DNA of 64,000 bases, taken from the human T2T-CHM13v2.0 reference genome, Homo sapiens. The position numbers were made by a program, and so were the translations under genes. The stretch is from assembly GCF_009914755.1 (NCBI RefSeq), contig NC_060935.1, one strand, 5' to 3'. This document shows positions 1 through 25,400 of the stretch, in pieces. Every line of letters starts with the position of its first letter. Position 1 is the stretch's first letter. The notes below the pieces were generated by a model. It ran no database searches. It had not been told where the DNA came from and saw only the letters and a list, made by a program, of their open reading frames with translations.

Positions 1-669
1 GCCATCAGCATCAAGCAGGTATTAGCCACCAGCTGTATGTCCTGCCCTGAGCTGGGCTTTACTGTGGGTGGGATGGGAGCACTTTTCATGGAGAGGGAGA
101 ACTTGTCCTAGGAGATCAGGAGAAGCCAGAGGCCAGGTGGCGTACCAGGCAGAGCTCTAGTCAGGGAAAGGAGTACTTCCGAGAGGAGGCAGAACTGGAG
201 CACAGCCCTGAGGCGGGGCGAGATTTGGATGAGGAAGGGCATTCCTGGTGGGGGGATCTGCATAAGCAAAGGCCAAATGGCTAGAATGAGTCTGTGTCAC
301 TCAGAGAATGGGGAAAGGGAGACCTGCCTGGCTGGACTTCGTGAGGGTGGAGGTCTAGGGATGGAAATGCCCAGTTGGAAGTGAGAGAACCAGGTCTGAG
401 CTCACAGGATACATTCAGGTCTACATATGTGCATACATGAACAGTCACACCCAGATAATATGAGCACTCGTATATCCATGTGTACACATGCACATACGCC
501 TAAACACGACCACACTTAGAGCCACAGGACATGTGCCTGATCCCTTAGAGATTGTATCATTTCTAGTTGGAGGGAAAAGATGGTGACTCATGAATCAGTG
601 AAAACTAGGACAGGGTGAGGTGGGGTGAGGGACACCTTGAGGGTCCCCAACCTGCCTCCTCCTCCACAG

Positions 670-12917
<12,248 letters not shown>

Positions 12918-14222
12918 CCCTGTCTGCCGTGGCCCAGGACTCGCCCGCCCACCTGCCTTCAGCCTGCTTGCCTCTCCCTAGCCCACACGCAGACTTTGAC
13001 CAGGAGTATCCAGCCAGGGGCACACATGTGCCTGCGTGGGCTCTGCCTTGTCTTCGCGGAAGCATTCCTGATGGAACACCCACTGGCCAGCCAGGCCATG
13101 GCTTCTCCCGACCCTCTGGCTGCCCCGGTGCTTCCAGTCATGATCGGGTGGGGGACATGTGGGCTGACCAGGACCTCTGACCCTGGAGCTTCTACCAAAG
13201 ACACAGCTGGGTCTGGACCCCACGGGGCTGGGGAGGGCCATGTGCAATATTTGGAGGGTTTTCTGGAGGGCAGCAGGAAGGCTGGGGAATTCCCCATGTA
13301 CAGTATTTATGTTTCTTTTTAGATGTGTACCTTCCCAAGCACTTATTTATGCAGTGACCTGGTCACCTGGGGTGGGGGTGATTTGAGGAAATGACATGAG
13401 GAAAAGAAACCTATTCCTGCCCTGGGGACCACCCTGGGACTCTAACCAAGCCTTCCTGGAGGGACCCATGCGCCCCTGAGCCCCATTCCATTCATACAGA
13501 CACACACGTACGCACACTGCATGTCCAAGGCCCTAAACATTGCCCGTTGACATAAACTTTCCAGGGCCCCAGCCTGATGGGGCTGCCCTCAGTCCTCTAG
13601 ATCAAGATGCTGACTATTAGGGGGCAGTGATTGCCATCTGGGGACCTGTCAGGCTTTGTCATTTCCCAGTTTGTTGGTGGTGCCTTTAGTGGTTCCCTAA
13701 TTTGGGAACACTGATGGGGCCTTGGACAGGGCTTTCTCTCAGGTAGGAGAAATGGGCCCATGATCTCCTCACAGTCGCCCCCAGTCCTTGGCCCTGCTTC
13801 CCTGTGTCTCATGCACTGGCACATATGGTCACCTTGGAGGGCAGACCTAGGAGCCCCTCTGACCACTGAATCCGTCTCCACACCCCTTCTGCCAAGGGAA
13901 GCCCCTTCAGGAAGGACCCCCCAAAGCTGAGGGGCTGAATGTAGCCTTTTCAACAGAGAAGGCTCCCACTTGAGAGCAGCCTCTACCTGACCCCCTGGAC
14001 CACAGAGAGCCACTCTGACCCTCAGCCCCCTCGCTTCTTCAGCTAAAACTCCAAAGGTTTGGTTTCAGATGGGGTTTGTTTTGTTCTGTTTGGTTTTGGT
14101 TTTGTTTGGGGTGGGTGGGTCATTGCGGTCTTAGATTATGTTTCTCTTGCTACCAAACAGTCATGTATTAACTCTCTTTGGATGATGAAGTTTAAAGAGT
14201 CAATAAATAGAAACACCAGATG
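12918..14222 (+). other. ARHGEF17: ARHGEF17 3'UTR (end approximate)
   Basis: Runs from the stop codon to the first AATAAA (14202), preceded by a GU-rich tract at 14070-14120. Confidence 0.8.
14202..14207 (+). terminator. ARHGEF17 poly(A) signal AATAAA
   Basis: Canonical hexamer with upstream TGTA; a second AATAAA lies at 14419 in MIR-like sequence. Confidence 0.75.
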
Positions 14223-16245
14223 ACTGCATTGGTGGCCACAGTGGCCTCCTGTCAGCAACCTCAGGGCTCAGTCTCCCTGGCCACATGGGCCTTCCGACGT
14301 CCACACACTTGGGAAGAAGGGAGGCCTTGGAGACCCAGAAGAGTGCTGGACGGCGAGGTTGCCACGATTTGCTGTGTTACCTGGGCAGGTGGCTGGGCTG
14401 CAGTTTCCTCATCAGGAAAATAAAGGGGTTGTACCAGTTCAGTGCTTTGTAACCAGGGTTACATGGTAGAATCCCTTGCAGATGACATGTAAATGCAGAA
14501 ACATGATTCGTAACTTATTTACGTATTAATTGAGAGCTTCTGAGTCAGTGGGCCTGGATGGAGCTTGGGAATCTGAAGCTGACATGCTCCAGGTAAAGAG
14601 CCAGGACCCCTGTTGAGCCTGTCTACGGCTCCTCCAGGAAACAATGTTCTCCAGCAAAGCCTCAGCTGGAGAACCCTGATGAAGGCCAAGGCCCTGCTCC
14701 AACCCTCTGAAGTGTTTGGAGCAGGGATAGAATCCAAGTCTGTCTGATTTCTGGTCTGAAGAGGTCTGTCATTAAATCAGACACAAGAACGCACAGGCCC
14801 AGCAACATGGGACTATTCTGTGCAAGGACAGAGAGCCCTCCAGACCAGAGTGCACCTGCAGAACTAGAGGTGGCCATCACTAGAAGGCATGTCGTGCCTC
14901 AGCTCTGCTACACGCACGAACGTTTCCAGCCTAAATGACTGACTTTTGAGTCAGCCCCTGAAGGGGCATGCAAGCTCATGCTCTGCAAACTGGCAGCACA
15001 CCTCTCAGGGGTCTGCTGGGTCCTCAACACCACAGGACGGGCATGGACCGTCTCCGTGCAGCATCATTTTACTGGGGCTATCTGGGGAGGAAGGGATTCT
15101 ATTAATAAGCACAGATATATTATGGAGTAGGAGGCATCATTCATGTGGAATATATAACGAAACAAAGCATTAGAAGAAACACAGGCTTTGAAGCTGGACA
15201 GACCTTGTTTGAGATCTTGACTTTGCCGCTAACTAGCTATGTGCCTTTGGGCAAGTTGTATCCCCTCTGAGCCTCCATTTCCTCACGTGTGAAATGAGGC
15301 TGATGATCCCTTCCCGAACAGGACTGCTGCTTGGCGTGCACAGGTCTTTGGATTGCAAGAAAGAGATTCATTTTGCTTGTGAACTAGAAGGGTGCTTATT
15401 AGTGAAGATGTGAGCTGGCAGCAAGGAGCTGTCACAGGGCACTGTGGCCCAGACATCAGAGCTGCATCTCAGGACATCTGGCCTCTCCACTTGAGTCGCC
15501 AGTGCCTCCCACACTGCCAGTCAGTTGCTGTTCCACTGCTTTCCAGCTTCTGCTGCCTCAGGGCCTCCGCCTCCTCCACTCGGAGGACCCTGGGCAGACT
15601 TCAGTTTTAGCACAAGATACCCAAGACCAGATCCTCACCACTTCCCCGACTCAAGTGCCTCAGTAAGAATGGGCTTGGCCCAGCCCACTGTTACTTAGAG
15701 GCCCACATTCCAGGGCACTGGCCAGCCTGTGGACAGCCCGGACCCCATCAGCTGTGGGCAGGGAGGCCCTGGAATGAGCATCAGACCCCAGGCTCCCGGC
15801 CCAGGGGAGGCTCCTGGAAGGATTACCTCCTCTGAAGCAGTGGTTCTCAGCCTGGGATGCACATTATGATCATGAGGGCCTAGGCCAATTCCAAGCCAAT
15901 TAAATCTGAACTTTGAGGGTGGGACCCAGGTGTCTATATGTTTTTCAGAAACCTTTAGTTGAAGTATAACATTTATACAAAAAAGGACATAAAAAAGGAC
16001 CCAGCGTGATGGGTATTCATAAAGTGAACACACCCAGGTCAAGGAACAGAAAATCTCATCACCCCAGAAGCTCCCCTTAGACCTCCTTCTGGTCTGCCCT
16101 CCAAGGGTAACCACCACCCCGGCTTCTGACACCATGATCTAGCTTCACCAGCCAAGGTAGAGAACTGCTGCTGTAAAGGGAATGACTATGGTTAGCCACT
16201 GGTGTGGGGGAAAGTGGGGCTTGGGTTTGATGTTAAGAGGGAACG

Positions 16246-16452
16246 CCAGCCTGGCCAACATGGAGAAACCCCATCTCTACAAAAAATACAAAAGTTAGCC
16301 AGGCGTGGTGGCGTGCACCTGTGGTCATAGCGACTTGGGAGGCTGAGGCGGAGAATTGCTTTAACCCAGGAGGCCAAGGTTGCAGTGAGCCGAGGTTACA
16401 CAGCACCCCATCCTGGGTGACAGAGGGAGACTCTGTCTCAAAAAAAAAAAAA
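16246..16452 (+). mobile_element. 5'-truncated Alu
   Basis: Starts at 'ccagcctggccaacatgg', ends in A-tail. Confidence 0.88.
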
Positions 16453-16719
16453 GAACAGCTCAAACCAAGGCAAGGAGGGGTAGAGGAGCCTGGTGCAGGC
16501 CCAGGTGGATGGGGAAAGAGGAAAAGGCAGGGGCGCCTAGATTGGGAGCTCCGTGAGCGTGGGATTTTGTTCTTTGTTCCATCCCCAGGCCTGCCACAGT
16601 GCGTGACACACAGTAGATGCTCAGTAAATATTTGTTGAATTAAATCTGGAGAATTCAGGTGAGAACCAACTCTAGGTCTTGAATGCCACGAAACAATAAA
16701 CCCAGCTTCCACTTAGTGT

Positions 16720-16890
16720 TTGCTGCAAGCCAGGAGCATGGATCATCTCGAATCCTCACAATGGTCCTGGGAGGTTGATACCATTATTACCCTCCTTTTC
16801 AGATGAGGAAACTGAGGTTCAGAGAGGTTAGATGCCTTCCTCAAGGTCACCTAACCACTAATTGATAGAACCTGGAATCTGTCTGCTCAG
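16720..16890 (-). mobile_element. MIR relic
   Basis: 'cagatgaggaaactgaggttcagagaggtta...caaggtcac' MIR core. Confidence 0.7.
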
Positions 16891-18639
16891 GTCTCTGTAT
16901 CTCATGGAAGAGGAGGGCTGGCCTGGTGTGGCTGGAGGACAGGAGAGACAGCCTGAGCACCCAGAGTCACATGTAGTCACTCATGAGGCTGGACTAATGT
17001 TCCTTAGACCAGCCCTGGGAAGGGGATCCAGATCCCAGATGAGTGAGGAGAGTCAAAGCCAGAGGCCATCTCCTCTTCAAGGGAGTTCTCCAGGTGGTCC
17101 CTTGGGTTTGGGACAGGGGTCAGGGTTTAGCTAGACCATCTATCTAATGGAAAAGATGAGGCACAGAGAGGGTCAGGAACTTACCTGAGGTCACACAGAA
17201 AGGCAACATTGAGGCTGGGGGTAGCTGGGGAGGAGAGCCCAGGCAGGAAGGTTTCCTGTGGTCAGAAAAGCCAGGAAATGACCCTTAAAGCCAGGGGAGG
17301 CAGAAGGCTAGACGAGCTGGCCTCCAGGGGCCCCGTCACACACCTCAAACCAGCCTCAGCACTGGGCTGGTCCAGAGGGCTTGGAGGGAGCAAGTCTGGC
17401 TAAGGCCTTACCTTAAACCTTCTGGGCAGGGCCTGGGGAGGGCATGGGGGACCCCAGGGCTTGAACTCAAGCTCCAGCCCAGGCTCTCGGCACTGTGTGA
17501 TGCCAGGCGAGTGTCTGTCCCTCCATAGACCTGGATGACCTCTGTGAGCCCTTTACATCTTCTGCATGCCTGCCAAACACCAAGTCTGTGTCCTCACAGA
17601 CCTTAAGCCACAGGCCAGGTTGCAGGAAACGGCAAGGGGAAGTCTATTTTAGGCCCAATTATAGCCAATGAGGAGTCCTGCCTGGCAAAGGCAAGTGAGC
17701 TGGCATCCCAAGCTGGGTCAGAGGTAGTTTGCTGGGCTGGACTGGGGAGGGAGATAGTGAGCAGGCATCAGGGATAAATCGGGCAGAGCCCCTGCTGCCC
17801 AGGGCAAACAGTGCACCAAGGGAAGGGAGAGGAGAGAGAGCTCCTGAGCCCAGCGTCCTGGAAGAAGCTGGTGCCCCCGATATGAGGTCTCAGCAGATCC
17901 TCATAACACGCTTGGATGGGCGAGTTCTCAGAGAGGTGAAGTCACTTGCCTAAGGTCACACAGCCTGGCAATGGCAGAAGTGGGACTTAACCACTATCCA
18001 TGTGACACCAAAGCATATATTCTTCCATTTTCCCCTAGATTTCTCTTCTCCAGGCTCCTTAATCTCAGATGCTTCAGCAAGCCACCTGCCTCCCTGGGCT
18101 TGGCTCACACTCCCTAGCTCTTGACCTGCTCATGTTCTGGGCCCAGAGGGTAACTGGACTGCAAGTCTCACCCTGACAGTCCCCAGGGTCCCCACCAGCC
18201 CCATTGTCTGCAGTTCATGGCTCTGGGTTCCTCTCTCAGACTCACCATGGGAACAAGAAAACCCTACACTTGCCTCCCTGAGCACCAGTCAGGTGGGCAA
18301 TAGAACCTGGGATGGATGGAACTGAGAGTGCTGGGCCTCCCATGAGGGAGCCAGTGAGGCAGTCACCAAAGACTTGACACCTCCACCCCAGTGGGATTCC
18401 AGACCCAGGCCAGGGTCTGGACCTAAATGCAGGTTGAACCTGGTCCTCAGACCCAGACAGCCCCAGCTCAGCTTCTGGCCTGGCCCCAGGCTGAGCCCTA
18501 TCCTGGCCTCCTAGCCTCAGTTTCCCCTCAGACTGAGCCCACCCTCCCCTGGAGCTAAGACACAAACACAGGACAGCAGCCCACCTTCTTAGGGTTAGGA
18601 CTTGGCCCGCTGGGGGTTAGCCTAGGATGGAGCATTGAA

Positions 18640-19020
<381 letters not shown>

Positions 19021-19899
19021 TAGCACAGCCAGCAAGCAGAGTGGCACCCACTACCTTTGGTCCATGACTCCAAGGCAGTCATCTACTCAGACCCCTGCAT
19101 ACAGCCACACTGTGGTGGCTCTGATTCTGTGACCCAGGATCCCCACCCCAGGCAGGGCCTGGCTGGGGCATGGCACCTGTACCCCTGCCTCCAGGTCCCC
19201 ATCACAGCTCGTCCCAGTTTACTGGGACCTTGTGCTGTGTACCTACAATGAGGTGCACACATTCTCTGGGCCCACTTGCCCAGCTGTACCATGTGAAGTT
19301 CAACAAGATGGTCTCTGAGGTCCCTGAGCTCAGGGATTCCAGTGCTGACTCCATGGGTTCAGTTGAGATGCCAGGATTTTATAAAGCCTGTGATTCTGAG
19401 AGTCCTTTGTTCTCAAGCCTGTGGTTCCCCAAGCTCCATAAAAAGCGAGTCTAAATCTTTCCTGTGGCTTCCACAACTCCTTCCCTGTCTACTCACTGTG
19501 GAGCAACCCAGATGCTGGTAGACTCTCAGGGAGGAGCCCACGTCACAGTGGTTTCAGGGTCAGAGCTGGCTGCAGGAGGAGCTGGCGCATCCACCCAGCA
19601 GTAAATAATAATTAGGCTCCCTCCTAACCTGGGGGTTGCAGGAGCGAGAAGTGTTTGGGCTGTGGCCCCAGGAGACCTACTCTATGGAGCTGCTGCCAGG
19701 GCAGCCAGGTAGCCGCCTCCCACAGAGAACTTCAGGCAACATGTCTGGCACCCCAGTTTTCAGATGAGGAAACTGAGTTGGGGGTGGATTTGATGAAAAC
19801 CTCACAGAGAGCTGGTGGTAGAGAGGGGCCTGGACCCTCTCTGGGATGTCTGATTAATAGCCAGTGCTCCAAAAAGCATTTCCCCATTTAGTTTATTGA

Positions 19900-20122
19900 T
19901 TGAGACAAGGTCTCACTCTCTCACCTAGGCTGGAGTGCAGTGGCACGATCGCGGCTCACTGCAGTCTCAACTTCCTGGGCTCAAGTGATTCTCCCACATA
20001 TTTTTGTAGAGACTGGGCTTCATCATGTTGCCCAGGCTGGTCTCGAACTCCTGGGCTAAGTGATCCTCCCAACTCAGCCTCCCAAGGTGCTAGGATTACA
20101 GGTGTGACCACTACACCTGGCC
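19900..20122 (-). mobile_element. Alu (AluJ-like) with internal deletion
   Basis: Arms joined without the middle segment; flanked by ttccccattt(a/g)gtttattga direct repeats at 19880-19899 and 20123-20142. Confidence 0.85.
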
Positions 20123-21529
20123 TTCCCCATTTGGTTTATTGAGTGACGACACCTGAAATTGCCACCATTTGAACTCTAGAACCTAGAGCTGGGGTGTAGA
20201 TGGTCCCCTTACAAAGAAAACATTTCCAGGAGTGGAGGCATTCTGGATGCTCTGGCCTTCCGTAGGCTGGGATGTGGGACCCTGGAAGAACCCCTGCCCC
20301 AGCCCTGGAGGTCTCCATTGACATATGAGGGTGCTGATGTCATGATCCTGACATCAATGACCTGTAGCTCCTTATGCCCTTCCCCCACAACCTGAGCATG
20401 ACCCAGGGAAATGAAAACTCATCCCCTGCTCCCCTCCCCATGCGGTGTCCAGTTCGCCTCCTGGAATCTCCTGGACCCTGGGGACCTGACCTTTTCCGTC
20501 TCCTAGCCCCTGGGTTCAGATTCTATGACTGTTTAGAACCCCACCCCCAGCCATCTATCCCCAGCTGACTTATTTACCTTCCTTTCTCCATCTCTGTCAT
20601 GGGCTGTGATTATCCTGACCCCAGCCAGGCCTCTGGCCCAGCACTAGGTCCTCCCTGGTGTCTCAGTCTCCCATCAGCCCTACTGTCCCAGGAGGACCGC
20701 CTGAGATCCCCTGAATAGTACTGAGAGGGGGAACGGGCCACTGAGCTGCTCCCTCCAGTCCTGGCACACCCTGTAGCACAACTCCAGGGGACACGATTCG
20801 GAGTCGGAATACAGTGTGAATACTGCCTGGAGTTTGTGATGACTGGCATTGGAAACTGGCAGGGTGGGATGGCTGTAGTAGGGAGGGGGGCACTGAGTCA
20901 CCTGTCCTGCTGGAGGGAAACTAACTACCCTGGCACAGAGAAGTGGTGCGGGGAGTAGGGGAGTGGAGGCAGGAGACGCCTCCTGGAGGATTTCACTAGG
21001 CCTTGAAGGATGTGCCGAAGCCCACCGTGTGGGCTTCCTTTATAGACTCACCTTCACCAGGCCTTTTCGCCAACTAGGTGAGGGTTTCCAGGGTTGGGCC
21101 TGGGCCTCGTCAACAAAGCAAAGTGAGGTTATTCTTCCTGGCCACCAACTGGCAGGAGGAAGATGAAGCCCAGAAAGGGGCAGAGGTGGCTCTAGTTACA
21201 CTGGCAATGCTGAGAGGACCCAGAGGAGTATCTCAGTCTCCAGTCTCTTTATCTTGCTTCGCACAACTCCTTGCTTGGTTCAGAGCCTTGAAGAGGCGGA
21301 TACAAGAGGCCCTCTGGGCACCGCCGCCCAGTCCCGCGCAGCCCCCTGCAGTTCCCAGGGGCGCGAGAGAGGGCGACGTAGAGCAGCACCGCCCAGCGGC
21401 AGAGCGGCGAGCCCCTCCGCGGCTCGGGGTGAGTCGGGCGCGGGGCGCAGACCGCGCTCTGACGTCGGGGGCGGAGCGGCCGTGACGCGCGGGGGCGGGT
21501 CTGCGCACCTTCCCGGCCCAGCCGGCGAT

Positions 21530-21636
21530 TCATTCAAAAGGCGCGCAGGCTGCGCGGCTGTCCGGGCGCTCGCCGAGCCGGGCCGCGGCGCCGAGTCGAA
21601 CGGGGAGCCGAGCTGGAGCTGCCGCGGCGCAGCCAG
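21530..21636 (+). other. RELT: RELT non-coding first exon 1a (start approximate)
   Basis: Strong donor CAG|gtaagg at 21636/21637 inside the CpG island. Confidence 0.75.
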
Positions 21637-21779
21637 GTAAGGAGGGCGCGCGGAGCGCCCATCCAGAGTCTGCTCTCCGCGGCCGGGCCAGCGGGATACG
21701 GACCCTAGTGGCGCCCCCTGCCTCCCCGTGTCTCTGAGGAAGTTCGCGGGCTCGGCGGATGCGGCAGCCCGGCCGCGCG

Positions 21780-22006
21780 CCCCCCCACCCCACTCCTCCC
21801 GCCTCGCGTCCTGTCCCGGCGCCTTCCGCGCACCGGCCACCGCCAGTCTCCGAGCCCCGTGACCTGCAGGTCCTCCGGCCGCGACTCCGGGCCGGCCCTG
21901 CGTGGTGGCTGTCGGGGGGCGCGCGGGGAAGCAGCGGAACTTGCGGTGTGAGGGGCCGGCGGGGCCCGGAGCGGTCCCCGGCCCGGGAAACTTGGACCGA
22001 GACCAG
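21780..22006 (+). other. RELT: RELT candidate alternative first exon 1b (start uncertain)
   Basis: Donor CAG|gttgtg at 22006/22007; RELT variants differing in 5'UTR are recalled. Confidence 0.5.
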
Positions 22007-22406
22007 GTTGTGGTGCGGGCTGGACGGCGGCGCCTCGGCGCGGCTGCGGCGCGGGGCGGCCAAGGGGGGGTCTGGATGGTGTCAGCCCGTGACTGTGGGT
22101 GACACGGCGCGTGAGGCGGCCTGGCCGGGCGAACGTGTGGCTGGGACACTGGGCGGTGACGCCGGGCCGAGCGGGCGACACAGAGGGGCTCTGTGTGTGG
22201 GAGACAGGCAGCGTGTGTGCGTGTGTTGTGTGAGGGAAAGACCCGGGGTCACTGGGGTCACGAAGTGCGTGGCTTGGGGCGTGACCGGCGCAGGGCCAGG
22301 GCCACCCGTTACTGTGAGTGTGAAATAGAGGGAGAGGAGCCCAAGTGACTGAGAACGAGCCGAGCTCGCTGGCGCCATGGTGTGCGTGTGGGGTCAAGTG
22401 GTGTCA

Positions 22407-22430
22407 GTGTGTGTGTGTGTGTGTGTGTGT
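22407..22430. repeat. (GT)n microsatellite
   Basis: Direct reading. Confidence 0.9.
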
Positions 22431-25400
22431 CTGCGCCTAGGGTGATGATGAGTAAGAGGCAGGAGGAGGAGGGACCGGACCTAGGACACCTTCCGGCAGA
22501 TGTGGGGCGATGAGGAAGTTGGGGAGCCAGGAGACAAGGGTCTCCAGGACTGTCCCCACGAGGGCACCCCTCAGGAGTTCAGCTTGGTGAGGAGATGGAC
22601 CCTGAGGGATAGGCCCTGGCTGAGGGAGAAAGCCGAGGCTGGGCAACATCTGGTGGGGTGGCCCAGATGGCAGCAGGGTAGGGGCCCTGTGGTAGTCTCA
22701 GCTTCCCCCCGCCCACCTGCATCCACACACTCACGCATCGAAGTCCCTACACCTGGCAAAGTTCTGCCCCTGTGTAATCTGTATTCTCAGCGGACCCGGA
22801 CACAATCTTGTTCTCAGACCCCCCCGCCCCCCTCCCCCGCGCAGGCCTCAGTCTCCCCATCTGCACACTGAGGTGCTGGGCTTTGAATGGACTGTGAATC
22901 ATCACTTTGGGATCCTCTATTGTTTTGGGTCAACTGCCTGTGTTCTCCCTTCCCTTCAGGCAGAAAGACTGCAGTGGGGGGTGGGGGCAGGCTTCTCCTG
23001 GGGACACAGCGGCCCAGGGGCTGCACTCAGGGGCTACTGATAGGGTTGGAAGCACAGCCTTCTCCAAAACTGGTCAAGGAAACGTTAGCCTCCCACCCAA
23101 AGGCTTCCTGGTCCTCTGTCACGAAATGGATCCATAGACAATATGGATCCCCAAATCCATAGACATTCACTTCTCTGCCTGGGTGTCCTTTCTTCAGTTC
23201 CTTGGGTTGGGGGAGAGTGGGGAGAGACTTGTTCCCCAGGAGTGGTCTCTGGTCTGGGAGGCTAAGTTCTTGCTGGAGAGCTGGAGCGGTACCCTTTCGC
23301 CATCTGGGCAAGACCCTTCTGAGGCCCCTTCTCCCGTATGAAGGTCTGTGGGGTTCATGCAGGGTGGGGTGGAAGCTGAGCTCCCTAGTCTAGGAGAGGG
23401 TGGCACTTGCTGTAGAATCTGGAAGTTCTGTCTTCTGCTGTCGTCCTCTGAAAATGCTGATTACATTCTAGGGGTGGGGGACAGGGTGGGGGACAGTGTC
23501 AGGCACTGTTCTGAACACTTCATGGTGTTCTGTCTTGTTGAATCTTCGCAGTGATTCTGAGATGTAGTGACTGTGTTTCAGAGAAAGGAACTGAGGATCA
23601 GAGAAGCAAAGTGACTTGGCCAAGGTCATACAGAGTCAGGACAGTGCCAGGACTGGAATTCAGGTCTTCTGACCCCAGAGACCAGTGAGATGCTGGGAGA
23701 GAGGATCACCCACCTTCCTAATAACTGCTCATGGCTTTCCTGGACTTCTGTCTCTCAAACTTGGGCTAGTAGGCGTGGCCTAGCCAGGGCATTACATTGT
23801 GAGTTCTAAGTATGATGTGTGTGTGTGCACACATGTCTGGAACACTGGGGATGGGTGGGTTACATGGTCTTCCTGTTCCTCCCCAGACTTCACTCCCAAC
23901 CAGACATCACCAGAAAGTCCTGTCCCCTGCCTTCTAGAGCCTGGACCTGGCTTTGGGGGTGTCCCCATGGCTTTGAAGAGTGTATGGAGTTAGCAGCACA
24001 GCCTAGGGGTAGCAGGGAAAATTGAGAGTCCCAGGTGACCTTCATCATACTTGAGAGGCCCCCTCCCCTTTGCAGTTGCTCTAGAGGCATTTCCCCAAAT
24101 CCACCTGCATGTTATGGTGGGGAGCAGACAGGGAGTGACCTTGAGCTGGTCCCTACTCTCTCTGGGCCTCGGTCTCCCTGTTCTTCCCAGAGACCCCTTT
24201 TGGCTCTGACCACTGTTGCCACTTGGCCAAGAACTGGAACTGGGGATCAGGGTGTCCCTCGGTCCTCTCTGCAATGACTGGAGCTGTGCTTCTTGGGGCT
24301 GATGAAAATAGCTGTCGTGGTCTCTAGGGGCTGAGCCGGAGTTATTTCCATCCTCAACAAAGAGGTGGAAATAGCTTAGGGCCTGGGAGGGGGAGCAAGA
24401 GGAGAAGGGTTAACTTCTCCTTATCCCAGCCTTAAAGGAGGCCCCCAGCCTCAGCCTGTGCCCTGGCCAAGCCAAACCTTTCTGGGAACTTGGGCCTCTG
24501 GGGATGACAGTGGGGCCAGGCTGGGTTTCCACTTGTGACCACAGTTGGGACTGGTGTGATAGCTGCTGGAGGGAGGGCCCTATGTCTAGCCAAGGAGGGG
24601 AGATATTGAGGGCCAGTCAGCACCTGCCCCTACTCATAGGGTCAGGCCCAATCTCATTTCACAGAAGGAGAGATTGAGGTTCTGAGAATTCAGGGACTTA
24701 CCCTAGGACTCCTAGAACCTTCACCTTCCAGACGCGGTACCTGCCTTCTGTCCTGAGTTTGTCATTCTGTGTCCACACTTTCCCTGGCGGCTGGAGGTTG
24801 GCCAGCACTGGAAGCAGGCCCAAGACACACCTTCTGGACGTCGGCCTGCCTCATATTCCAGCTCTGGCCTTGCCATCCCTGCCCAGGCTCTGGTTCTAGC
24901 TTCTGTGCTTCCACGTCGGCTCTCCCGCACACTGCCAGAGTGACCTCCATAAAATAACTTGCTTTTCGCCTACAAAGTGTAGTTCAAACTCCTCACCTGG
25001 CAATGAGGCCTTTCCTTCCAAGGCCTTTCAGAATTTGCATCTTTACCCTCGCCTCTCCTTGCCAGATGCCTTGTCTGCCTTGCCTTTGCTTTTAAAGCTT
25101 CCCTCTTTCTAGAACCCTCTTGGCCATCCAGACTATAGCCCCAGCTCCACCTCACCCAGGAAGCCCTCCTGGCCCGAAATTAGTCTCCCTTCATTGTTGT
25201 GGGCCACCTGCCAGGTGTCCTCCCTCACTGCTGGGGAATGGGCACAGGTTTGGGGCACCTGTGGGTACCGCATGCTCAGCTTGGTGGGGCCAGCGTGGCC
25301 AGTAGCCCACCCCCTCCCACTGCCGTCTCTGTGCTGACGAGACCTCTTCCTGAGGAAGGGCAGCTGCTCTAGGATCCCAGCACCTGTGTGCTGGGAGGCA

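Larger units (their letters stand above)
21300..22400 (+). promoter_or_regulatory. RELT: RELT CpG-island promoter
   Basis: Very high GC/CpG; GC boxes (GGGGCGG) at ~21467 and ~21492; CRE-like TGACGTC at 21460-21466. Confidence 0.88.

Noticed and set aside
21280-22397. Long overlapping minus-strand ORFs (289, 230 and 177 aa) at the RELT promoter
   Set aside because: Expected stop-codon scarcity in a CpG island; several frames are open at once.
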